This document shows, one piece after another, positions 1 to 8,376 of a DNA stretch of 64,000 nucleotides. The notes beneath the pieces are model-generated. The model was not told the DNA's origin, searched no databases, and was given only the letters and a program-made list of their open reading frames with translations. The DNA lies in NCBI GenBank assembly GCA_963674695.2, contig CAXXGI010000002.1:64001-128000 (forward strand). The letters are read 5' to 3'. The stretch comes from a bacterium. GTDB lineage: Bacteria > UBA10199 > 2-02-FULL-44-16 > JAAZCA01. Numbering within the stretch: the first letter of the stretch is position 1; each line of letters begins with the position of its first letter. The position numbers and the translations under genes were made by a program.

Positions 1-533
1 GCGGTGAGTCCGGTGCCGATGGCCCAGACGGGCTCATAGGCGATGCAAAATTCAGGAGCGTCCGCGACATCGATGCCTTCGAGGCCGCCGCGCAGCTGTG
101 AACCGATGACCTCCCACATGCGATCGGCCTCGCGCTCCTCGAGCGTTTCGCCGACACAGAGGATCGGAACGAGTTCATGCCGGAGTGCGGCGCGGATGCG
201 TTTGTTGACCGTCTCGTTCGTCTCGCCGAAGAACTGCCGACGCTCCGAATGGCCGATGATCGCATAGCGGCAGCCGGCGTCGACGAGAAAGGGACCGGAG
301 ATCTCGCCGGTGTAGGCGCCGGAATCCTCCCAGAAGATGTTCTGGGCTCCCAGTTTGAATTCCGTTCCGCCCATCGCTTCGCCGAGCGCATAGAGCGCGG
401 TGAATGGCGGCGCGATGACGACGTCGACGGAACCGGCGGCCTTGACCTCTCCCTGGAAGGCGGTGATGAAGCGCAGCGCCTCGGGGATGGTGTTGTTCAT
501 CTTCCAATTGCCGGCGATCAGCGGTGTGCGCAT
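1..533 (-). CDS. tpiA: Triosephosphate isomerase (3' end outside window)
   Basis: Manual translation from ATG at 533: [13 protein letters not shown]...GAYTGEIS...IIGHSERR...CVGETLEER...[12 protein letters not shown]; downstream of pgk; absent from ORF track because it runs off the edge. Confidence 0.97.
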   Translation of the reverse strand, partial: MRTPLIAGNWKMNNTIPEALRFITAFQGEVKAAGSVDVVIAPPFTALYALGEAMGGTEFKLGAQNIFWEDSGAYTGEISGPFLVDAGCRYAIIGHSERRQFFGETNETVNKRIRAALRHELVPILCVGETLEEREADRMWEVIGSQLRGGLEGIDVADAPEFCIAYEPVWAIGTGLT

Positions 534-552
534 CGATTGCTCCTTTGCGTGA

Positions 553-1734
553 TTACTGTTCCAGTGCCGCAATGCCCGGCAGCGTCTTGCCCTCGAGAAA
601 TTCGAGCGACGCCCCTCCACCGGTCGAAATGTGTCCAATCTTGTCCGCCAGACCCGATTGCGTGACCGCAGCGACCGAATCGCCACCACCGATGACCGAG
701 GTGGCTTTTGCACTGGCCACCGCTTGGGCGACCGCATTCGTGCCCTTGGCAAAGGCGGGAATTTCAAAGACGCCCATCGGACCGTTCCAGAAGATGGTCT
801 TGGCTAGGGCGATGCTGTCGCTATAGGCGGCGATGGTCTTCGGCCCGATGTCGAGCCCCATCATCCCTTCCGGAATGGATCGGTCCTCCGTCACCTTCGG
901 CGTGGCGCTCGCTTCACAGGCCTCGGCGATGACGTGGTCGAGCGGCAACCGAATGCGGATGCCGCGCGTCTCGGCGCGTTCGAGGATGCGACGTGCCGCA
1001 TGGATCTTTTCCGTTTCGACGAGCGACTTTCCGATGGAGACGCCCTTGGCGGCGAGAAAGGTGAAGGACATGCCGCCGCCGATCAGAAACTGCTGGCAGA
1101 GGTTCATGAGGTTGTCGATCACGCCGATCTTGTCCGAGACCTTCGCTCCGCCCAAAATGGCGATGAAGGGTTTTTCCGGATTCTTGAGCAGTGGCGAGAG
1201 CGCTTCGATCTCGCGACGCATCAAAAAACCGGCGCCCTTGATCGCCACAAACGGGACCATGCCTGCGGTCGAGGCGTGTGCGCGGTGCGCGGTGCCGAAG
1301 GCATCGTTGATATAGACCTCGGCCAGCCCCGCGAGTTGCTTGGAGAAGTCCGAATCGTTCTTGGTCTCTTCCGAATGAAAACGCAGATTTTCCAACAGCA
1401 TGACTTGTCCCGGCTGAAGGTCCAGGGAGAGCTTTTTCACCGCATCGCCCACACAGTCTTCGGGGAGGACGACATCGCGGCCCAAAAGCCCTGCGAGATG
1501 CTCCGCCACGGGCTTGAGCGAGAACTTCGGATTCACCTCGCCCTTCGGCCGCCCGCGATGCGAGGCGAGGATCACCTTCGCATCGTGATCCAGGGCATAC
1601 TGAATGGTTGGAAGAGCGGCTCGGATGCGGGTGTCATCGGTGATGACACCCGCACCGTCCGTCGGCACGTTGAAGTCGACGCGGATGAAGACGCGCTTTC
1701 CCTCAAGCGGAATCTGGTCGATATATGTGATCAT
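553..1734 (-). CDS. pgk: Phosphoglycerate kinase
   Basis: RVDFNVP, LLENLRF, NDAFGTAHRAHAS, GGAKVSDK, WNGPMGVFE, HISTGGGASLEFLEGK; start at MITYID with GAGGA RBS. Confidence 0.98.
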   Translation of the reverse strand: MITYIDQIPLEGKRVFIRVDFNVPTDGAGVITDDTRIRAALPTIQYALDHDAKVILASHRGRPKGEVNPKFSLKPVAEHLAGLLGRDVVLPEDCVGDAVKKLSLDLQPGQVMLLENLRFHSEETKNDSDFSKQLAGLAEVYINDAFGTAHRAHASTAGMVPFVAIKGAGFLMRREIEALSPLLKNPEKPFIAILGGAKVSDKIGVIDNLMNLCQQFLIGGGMSFTFLAAKGVSIGKSLVETEKIHAARRILERAETRGIRIRLPLDHVIAEACEASATPKVTEDRSIPEGMMGLDIGPKTIAAYSDSIALAKTIFWNGPMGVFEIPAFAKGTNAVAQAVASAKATSVIGGGDSVAAVTQSGLADKIGHISTGGGASLEFLEGKTLPGIAALEQ

Positions 1735-1769
1735 AAACGATTCCTCGTAGGGCGTAAGGAGTATATGCC

Positions 1770-1822
1770 GTTTCGCCCATCGTCCGAGATCCCGAAGGGA
1801 TCGGTCGCCCATCGTCCTTCGT
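1770..1822 (-). repeat. 7-nt-period RCGA-N3 array split by a small hairpin, gap-pgk spacer
   Basis: Minus strand: ACGAAGG ACGATGG GCGACCG [GATCCC-TTC-GGGATC hairpin, sharing one G] ... ACGATGG GCGAAAC. Confidence 0.7.
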
Positions 1823-1825
1823 CAA

Positions 1826-2830
1826 TTATAAACTCTTTCCCATATAGAGCATCAGCTCCACCATGCGGTTGCAGAAGCCGATCTCATTGTCGTACCAGGC
1901 CATGACCTTGGCGGTGTTGCCGATCGTCTTCGTGCAGAGCGAATCCACGGTCGAGGAATGCGCATCGCCCATGAAGTCGACGGAGACGAGCGGTTCGTCC
2001 GTGTAGGCGAGGATGCCCTTGAGTTCGCCTTCGCTGGCCTTTTTGAGCTCCGCGTTGATCTCTTCGGTGGTGGCGGCTTTTTTCAAAGTGACCACGAGAT
2101 CGACCATCGAGACGTTCACGGTCGGGACGCGAACGGCCAGGCCGTCCATCTTGCCCTTGAGCTCCGGCAGGACCAGGCCCACGGCCTTGGCCGCACCCGT
2201 CGTCGTCGGGATCTGATTGACCGCGGCGGCACGCGCGCGGCGCAGATCCGAGTGCGGCGCATCGACGACGCACTGATCGTTCGTATAGGAATGGATGGTC
2301 GTCATGAGGCCGTGTTCGATGCCGAAGGTCTCGTGCAGGACCTTGGCGACCGGCGCCAGACAATTGGTCGTGCAGCTGGCGTTGGAGACCACATCGTCGG
2401 TGGCCGGGTTGTACTTCTCGTTATTCACGCCCATGACGAAGGTGGCGACATCGTCGCCCTTGGCCGGAGCGGAGATGACCACCTTCTTTGCGCCCGCCTG
2501 CAGGTGCAGACCCGCCTTCTCCTTCGAGCGAAAGATGCCCGTGCACTCCAAAACGATCTGCGCTTCCTGCTTGCCCCAGGGGAGCTTGGTCGGATCCTTC
2601 TCGTTCGAGACGGGAATGGTGCGTCCGTTGATCGTGATGCTCGTCTCGTTGTGGCTCACCTCGCCCTTGAAGCGTCCGTGGGCGGAATCATATTTGAATA
2701 GGTGCGCCATCTCCTTGGCGGAAATCAGGTCGTTGATGCCGACGCACTCGACTTCGGGGTGATCCGCGATGACCCGCATTGCGAGCCGACCGATACGACC
2801 AAAACCATTGATTCCAATACGCAGTACCAT
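1826..2830 (-). CDS. gap: Glyceraldehyde-3-phosphate dehydrogenase, type I
   Basis: GINGFGRIGR, SNASCTTNCLAP, IPTTTGAAKA, WYDNE; GAGGAGG RBS before MVLRIG. Confidence 0.98.
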   Translation of the reverse strand: MVLRIGINGFGRIGRLAMRVIADHPEVECVGINDLISAKEMAHLFKYDSAHGRFKGEVSHNETSITINGRTIPVSNEKDPTKLPWGKQEAQIVLECTGIFRSKEKAGLHLQAGAKKVVISAPAKGDDVATFVMGVNNEKYNPATDDVVSNASCTTNCLAPVAKVLHETFGIEHGLMTTIHSYTNDQCVVDAPHSDLRRARAAAVNQIPTTTGAAKAVGLVLPELKGKMDGLAVRVPTVNVSMVDLVVTLKKAATTEEINAELKKASEGELKGILAYTDEPLVSVDFMGDAHSSTVDSLCTKTIGNTAKVMAWYDNEIGFCNRMVELMLYMGKSL

Positions 2831-3034
2831 GTGAAGCCTCCTCAAAAGGGTTGGTGGTGATCTCCCTCGCGAGAGGGGGAATGTTGTTTATTGTGTTGAA
2901 AATCCTGTGGAGAAAAACCACGAATTTCCCGCAGGGGCGCGCAGTATACCGATTTGCCGATACCCGTCAAGCATTCGAAATACAGGCGTTTTTTGGGATG
3001 TCCACAAGGGGGCAATGAAAATTCAAGAGGAATA

Positions 3035-5470
3035 TCAAACAGTTGAAAGGTTTTCCTCCTTCGACGCCTCCGTGCCCCTCCAGATGGTGGCCAAAATCGG
3101 GGGGAAGAAAAAGAGGACGACCACCAGGCAGGCCATCATGCCGATATCGGCGGCGATGCCGATCGAGGCGAGCCCCCCGTGGTGGGCGAAGAGCAGGCCC
3201 GCAAATCCGGCGGCGGTCGTGAGCGTGGTCATCACGACCGAGCCCCCCGTGGTGGTGAGCACCTTCGGCAGATCGCGATACCCCTCCTCCTGGAAGCGGT
3301 GAAAGAAGTGGACGCCGTTGTCGATGCCGATGCCAAGGATGACGGGCAGCACCACCATGTTGAAGAAGTTGAGCGAGGCGCCGGTGGCCCCCATGATGCC
3401 GAGCATGAGCACGACGCCCGCGACGAGCGGCGCCATGGTGACCAGCGCAAAGCGCAGGTTTCTGAAATCGAAGAGCAGGAGGATGAAGACGGTGATAAAC
3501 GAGATGCCGACGGCCCAGGGGGAATCGCTGAGCATCACGTCGAGCACGTCGGCGAAGATCACGGAGCTGGAAACGGCGTGGAAGGTTGTGCCGTCCTCCG
3601 TCTGGATATCGCGGATTTCATCGGCCAACTGCATGGCGAGTCGGCCGTCCTTCAGATCGACCTCGGAATGGAGGAAGAGATAGACGAGTTGGTTTTGCTC
3701 GCCCGTCTTCTCATCGACGAAGACCTCCTTGAGCGTTGCAGGAACATCGTCGAGCGTGAAGGGGCTGGCGCGCGTGGATTTTTTAAGACCGTCGATGTGT
3801 TCCTTGTTCTCCCCCTTGACGAGCTTTTCGATCGTCTCGTCCTCGAGCATGACCTGAATCTCGCGCATGACCGGGATCTTTTTCTCCTGCCCTTCCGGCA
3901 CGAGCGAGTAGATGTTGCGCACGCTGTTCATGAGCGAGTTGGGATTGGCTTCGATCTTGGCTTCGAGGGCGAGCTTGACCGCACGCGCCTCGGCGGCGCT
4001 GTGCACCAGCACCACCGAAGGGCTGGCTTTCTGGGGGTTGACCCGATGCTCCAACTCCTGGGCGCGTTCGATGGCGGCGTTCGGGGCGCGGAAGTTCGCG
4101 AAGTTGTAGTTGAAACGCAGGAAGAGGGCGGCGACGAGAATCGAGACGCCGCAGGCGACGAAGAGGATCGTGAGCATAGTCTTGCGCGGGAGTGCGGTGA
4201 TGCGGACGAGCTTCCATCCCGAGACGGCGAAACGCTTGCGGCGCAGAAAGGGGACGCGCTGCTCCAGCGTAAAGAGTGCCGGCAGGATGATGGCGTAGGC
4301 CACGAGCGTCATGAGGATGCCGATGCCGGCGATCAATCCGAACTCGGAAAATCCCTTGAAGTCGTTGATGACCAAGACGATGAACGCCGCGGCGGTTGTG
4401 AGTCCCGCCGTGAGCGAGGAACGCCCGGTCTGGGTCAGCATCGTCATCAGCGCTTCGGCCAGGCCCGCCCCATTGAGACGCTCTTCGTTATAGCGTGAGT
4501 TGAGGTGGATGCCGAAGTCGATGCCGAGGCCGAAGAGGATCGAAAAGAGAAAGGCCGTGGTCATGTTGAGATGACCGATCATGAAATAGGTCAGCGCGAA
4601 GTTCCAGATGAGACCGCAGGCCAGCGGCAGCGTCACGAAGATCACCGCGCGCAGTGTTCGGAAATAGATCAGAATGAGCAGCAGGATGAGCGCGCCGGAG
4701 ACGATGCCGGCCATGCGCAAGTCATGCAGGAGCGATTCATACTCATGCGTGCCCGTAATCACGCCGCCCGTGTAGTGAATGACGGCGCTCGGGTCGTGTT
4801 TGGCCAGATCAAATGCGACGATGCGCTCCTTGATGTGCTGGGCGAATCGCTTGTAACTCTTCAGGTTGAACCCCTCCCCCTTGGGGAAGATGCCGACGAG
4901 AAAGACGCTTTCCTCGTCGTTGGTGTAATAGGGGCTCGTGATCTTTCCCGAATAGTTGCTGGCGTATTTTTCCTTCAGGTCGCCGAAGGTATCCTTGCCC
5001 GCGTCCTCGTCGTCTTCGAAGCTGATGTAGAGGCCGCCGAGCTTTTCGCGCTGGATGCGTCGGTCGATCCGGTCGCGCAGGTCTTCGAGATCATCGATGC
5101 CGGGGAAGAAGAGTTTGTGTTCGTCGAAGAAGTCATAGCCACGCTTGCGATAGTCGACCTCATCCACGGCGGGGTCGGCGGCGATCGCCGCGGCGAGTTG
5201 GGGCAGCGCGAGCGCGAGTCGCTTCGGGTCCTTCGTCTCGATGACGAGTGTGAGGTTCTTGAGGCTTCCGAATCGCTCGTCCACCTCGTTCATCAGCTGC
5301 ACGCTGCGGTAGTCCTGCGGCAGGAGCGACTTGAAGTCGGTCTGGATATTCTTGAAGAGCGCGATCACGTTCGGCACGGCCAGCCATGTGAGCAGGGCCA
5401 CCGCGATCAGGACGGGGATGAAGAGCTTCTGTGCGGCGCGGGCATATCCGCGCATGATGCGTTCGAACAT
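3035..5470 (-). CDS. MMPL/RND-family lipid transporter (HpnN-like)
   Basis: 811 aa, two repeats of TM + large loop + 5 TM; GLGIDFGIH and GIGIDNGVH motifs. Confidence 0.85.
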   Translation of the reverse strand: MFERIMRGYARAAQKLFIPVLIAVALLTWLAVPNVIALFKNIQTDFKSLLPQDYRSVQLMNEVDERFGSLKNLTLVIETKDPKRLALALPQLAAAIAADPAVDEVDYRKRGYDFFDEHKLFFPGIDDLEDLRDRIDRRIQREKLGGLYISFEDDEDAGKDTFGDLKEKYASNYSGKITSPYYTNDEESVFLVGIFPKGEGFNLKSYKRFAQHIKERIVAFDLAKHDPSAVIHYTGGVITGTHEYESLLHDLRMAGIVSGALILLLILIYFRTLRAVIFVTLPLACGLIWNFALTYFMIGHLNMTTAFLFSILFGLGIDFGIHLNSRYNEERLNGAGLAEALMTMLTQTGRSSLTAGLTTAAAFIVLVINDFKGFSEFGLIAGIGILMTLVAYAIILPALFTLEQRVPFLRRKRFAVSGWKLVRITALPRKTMLTILFVACGVSILVAALFLRFNYNFANFRAPNAAIERAQELEHRVNPQKASPSVVLVHSAAEARAVKLALEAKIEANPNSLMNSVRNIYSLVPEGQEKKIPVMREIQVMLEDETIEKLVKGENKEHIDGLKKSTRASPFTLDDVPATLKEVFVDEKTGEQNQLVYLFLHSEVDLKDGRLAMQLADEIRDIQTEDGTTFHAVSSSVIFADVLDVMLSDSPWAVGISFITVFILLLFDFRNLRFALVTMAPLVAGVVLMLGIMGATGASLNFFNMVVLPVILGIGIDNGVHFFHRFQEEGYRDLPKVLTTTGGSVVMTTLTTAAGFAGLLFAHHGGLASIGIAADIGMMACLVVVLFFFPPILATIWRGTEASKEENLSTV

Positions 5471-5573
5471 AATCGCAGATCCTAAGCAATATCGGCAACC
5501 TTCGTCAACGCTCGGGGTTCGCTTATCGCAGGAGTTGACAGGAAAGGCTTGCGGGGGCTACAGCTGCGCGGCG

Positions 5574-7001
5574 ATGCTGACCTCAAACACCGACACGATC
5601 GTGGCGATCGCCACCCCCGCGGGGATGGGGGGCGTGGGCGTGGTGCGTCTGTCCGGCCCGGCCTCACGCGCGATCCTCGCCCAGCTCTGGCGCGGCCGCA
5701 TGCCCGTCGAACGATTTGAGCCCCGAAAGCTCTACCTCGGCGAGATCGGTGCGCCTTCATCCGAAGAATGTTCACCGAATGAACGTTCAGACCGTGAACA
5801 CGACGAGTTACGAGTCACGAGTTACGAGTCACGAATAGATCGTGTCCTCGCCGTCCACATGCCCGCTCCGCAGACCTATACCGGCCAGGAGGTCGTCGAG
5901 CTGCACGCGCACGGCTCTCCGATCGTTTTGCGTCAGATCGTTGACGCATGTGTGAATTTTGGCGCACGGCTCGCCGAGCCGGGCGAGTTCACACGGCGCG
6001 CCTTTCTCGCCGGAAAGCTCGATCTCGCCCAGGCCGAGGCCGTGGCCGATCTCATCCACGCCGACAGCGAGCGGGCCGTCCGCGCCGCATCCGAACAGCT
6101 CGACGGCAGGCTCTCCCTCGAAGTGGGCGTGCTCCACGAGGCGCTGGCCGATGCGCGCGCGCGCGTCGAGGCGGCCATCGATTTTCCCGAGGAGGAGGAT
6201 GTCATCACCCACGCCTGTCACGATGCCGCCGACCGCCTCGCGTCGATCGCGCAGCGCTGTGGAGTTCTGGCCGCGACCTTTCGCGAGGGACGTCTCGTGC
6301 GCGAGGGGGTGCGCACGGCGATCGTCGGTCCGCCGAACGCGGGAAAATCGACGCTGCTCAATCGGCTGGCCGGGCAGGATCGCGCCATCGTTCACCACAC
6401 GCCGGGGACGACGCGCGACGTGATCGAGGAATCGGTCGTCATCTCCGGCATCGCCTTTCGGCTGTGCGACACCGCCGGCCTTCGTGATGGTGCCAGCGAG
6501 ATCGAAGGCCTCGGCATCGATCGCACGCAGGCGCAGATAGAACGGGCCGATCTGATCATCGCCGTCATCGATGGATCCCGGCCGATGAGCAGCGATGAGG
6601 AGATCCTATTCGCTTCACTCGATCCCACCCGCACGATCGTCGTCCAGAACAAATCCGATCTTTCGCAACCCTCCGATGCTCGAATTCCTGGGGGCGATGT
6701 GGCGATCTCCGCCAAGCTCGGCACGGGCATCGACGAGCTCAAGCGGCTGATGGTGAACGCGACCGAGGCCGGCGCTGCGACCGATGGTGCCATGGTGACC
6801 AATGCGCGTCACAAGGGCGCGCTCGATGAGGCGCACTCATGTCTGACCCAAGCCCAGCGCGCGCTCGATGCGTCCGAGCCGATCGAGTGCATCGCCCAGC
6901 TCCTGCGACGGGCACAGGACGTCCTCGGCACGATTACGGGAAGCGTCACCGACGACGCGATCCTCGATCGCATCTTTTCGCAGTTCTGCATCGGGAAGTG
7001 A
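5574..7001 (+). CDS. mnmE: tRNA modification GTPase MnmE, with a repeat-derived in-frame insertion
   Basis: DTIVAIATP, EPGEFTRRAF, GPPNAGKST, PGTTRD, DTAG, NKSD, C-terminal FCIGK. Confidence 0.97.
   Translation: MLTSNTDTIVAIATPAGMGGVGVVRLSGPASRAILAQLWRGRMPVERFEPRKLYLGEIGAPSSEECSPNERSDREHDELRVTSYESRIDRVLAVHMPAPQTYTGQEVVELHAHGSPIVLRQIVDACVNFGARLAEPGEFTRRAFLAGKLDLAQAEAVADLIHADSERAVRAASEQLDGRLSLEVGVLHEALADARARVEAAIDFPEEEDVITHACHDAADRLASIAQRCGVLAATFREGRLVREGVRTAIVGPPNAGKSTLLNRLAGQDRAIVHHTPGTTRDVIEESVVISGIAFRLCDTAGLRDGASEIEGLGIDRTQAQIERADLIIAVIDGSRPMSSDEEILFASLDPTRTIVVQNKSDLSQPSDARIPGGDVAISAKLGTGIDELKRLMVNATEAGAATDGAMVTNARHKGALDEAHSCLTQAQRALDASEPIECIAQLLRRAQDVLGTITGSVTDDAILDRIFSQFCIGK
5803..5837 (+). 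repeat. Five heptamers inside mnmE
   Basis: ACGAGTT ACGAGTC ACGAGTT ACGAGTC ACGAATA; preceded by TGTTCAC...GTGAACA inverted repeat (5769-5800). Confidence 0.9.
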
Positions 7002-7025
7002 CGACGTGACGGTCATCCTGAGGAC

Positions 7026-7080
7026 GTCTCGATCGTGTCTCGATTACGGCTCAATTATGGCTTGATTATGTCTCGATAGA
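7026..7080 (+). repeat. Five tandem 11-mers upstream of fic (probable operator array)
   Basis: GTCTCGATCGT GTCTCGATTAC GGCTCAATTAT GGCTTGATTAT GTCTCGATAGA. Confidence 0.8.
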
Positions 7081-7096
7081 GTGTCAAAATAATCCT

Positions 7097-8146
7097 ATGT
7101 TTACAGCAAGATATACAATTTCTGATGCCGTCGTTCAAAAGGTTTCAGCAATCGAACGCCTCTCGATGGCGCTCGATGCGCTCCCCGTCCCTGGAGAGAT
7201 CCTTCGATATCTGCAACGGCAATGTCTTATCGCGCTCACCCATTATTCGAATCAGATCGAGGGAAACCTCCTCTCATTTGAAGAGGTTTCAGATCTCCTC
7301 GAGCGGCATCGCACCTTTGGAAGGCCACGCGATGAGCGCGAGGTGAAGAATTATTTTTCCTTGCTGGAGCATATTCCTGCTCACATCGAAACGCATGGAG
7401 CTCAGATCACACCCGATCTTGTCCGGCTTTTCCACCGGGGGGTCGAGGAGGGGATCGTCGAGGAGGGGCTCTTGGGATCGTTTCGAACGACGCAGAACGC
7501 CGTCGACACGATCGGCGGAAAGATCGTCTATCTTCCGCCGGAACCGAATGATGTCGGCGGACTCGTTTCGGATCTCTGCGACTGGATACATCGCGCGGAT
7601 GTTCATCCCATCATCGCTGCCGCTATCCTCCACGATCAGTTTGTGACGATTCACCCCTTTCTCGATGGAAACGGGCGGTGTGCTCGCAGCTTGAGCCTCT
7701 ATTTCCTGGCGGCGCACGGTTTTCAGTGGCGACAGTGGGTGCCCGTCGATCAATTCTATGCATCCGACCGCGCGCGATATTATGCCGCCCTCCAGCAGGA
7801 GTATCCCCACAACTATTATGATGGGCGCTGTGATACGGACTTCACGTCATGGATCGAATATTATGTTGAAGGCATCGCCGTGATGCTCGCGGAGACGATT
7901 GAACGCGTGCGACATCTGGGATCCGGACAAACCCCCCTGAACAATCGCCAGGAACGAATCCTGAAATATCTGCAAACGCATTCGGCGATAACGGCGCGAG
8001 AATATGCCGCGCGTTTTTCTCTATCGATGCGCATGGCGGCCCGGGATTTAGGGTTTCTCGTTCGTGAGGGCAAGCTGCTTCGCCTGGGAAAGGGCCCATC
8101 AGTGCGCTATGTGCGAGTGAAACCAAAGATGGATTTAACACCTTGA
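7097..8146 (+). CDS. Fic-family protein with C-terminal winged HTH
   Basis: HPFLDGNGRCAR Fic motif; N-terminal SNQIEGN inhibitory-type motif; C-terminal LNNRQERIL...MAARDL..LV..GKL.R.GKG wHTH pattern. Confidence 0.93.
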   Translation: MFTARYTISDAVVQKVSAIERLSMALDALPVPGEILRYLQRQCLIALTHYSNQIEGNLLSFEEVSDLLERHRTFGRPRDEREVKNYFSLLEHIPAHIETHGAQITPDLVRLFHRGVEEGIVEEGLLGSFRTTQNAVDTIGGKIVYLPPEPNDVGGLVSDLCDWIHRADVHPIIAAAILHDQFVTIHPFLDGNGRCARSLSLYFLAAHGFQWRQWVPVDQFYASDRARYYAALQQEYPHNYYDGRCDTDFTSWIEYYVEGIAVMLAETIERVRHLGSGQTPLNNRQERILKYLQTHSAITAREYAARFSLSMRMAARDLGFLVREGKLLRLGKGPSVRYVRVKPKMDLTP

Positions 8147-8376
8147 GATCCTCCTGTCGCGGCTCATCGCGAAACGAGCCGTTTTGGCCTGCGAAGAGCC
8201 GTCGGTTGAGATCGGAGATCTCAATTCCGAGTGCTGTCTGAGCCCGCCAAAAATCGAATGTGTTCTTTTTCCTTCGGCGGGCGAGTTCAGGAGGAAAGAC
8301 GGGTCGAGTCAGATGCCAAAACGTGCGAGTGAAGCGCTAAAGCCGCGACAGGAGGATCTCAAGGTGTTAAATCCAT
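8129..8376. mobile_element. 248-bp MITE-like palindromic element with perfect 36-bp terminal inverted repeats
   Basis: 8129-8164 ATGGATTTAACACCTTGAGATCCTCCTGTCGCGGCT is the exact reverse complement of 8341-8376; internal nested inverted repeats. Confidence 0.8.

Noticed and set aside
2900-3010. DnaA-box-like 9-mers (TGTGGAGAA, ATGTCCACA) suggesting oriC, given nearby mnmE/mnmG
   Set aside because: Only two mismatched boxes, no box cluster or DUE, and no dnaA/dnaN/parAB in the window
5489-5496. Sigma-28 -10 (GCCGATAT, minus strand) before the MMPL gene; similar 8-mers near 2955 and 27283
   Set aside because: No matching -35 at N15; a TTGACG sigma-70-type -35 explains the MMPL site equally well
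5331-5573. N-terminal extensions in the ORF track (mnmE from 5331; also pgk 1812, lipoprotein 11546, methyltransferase 14468, barrel 14980)
   Set aside because: They overlap neighbouring genes or repeats; downstream ATGs match family N-termini and, in most cases, an RBS
7026-7080. Short repeat arrays as possible CRISPR or iterons
   Set aside because: No unique spacers, units too short, no cas or rep gene adjacent; no CRISPR array seen anywhere in the window
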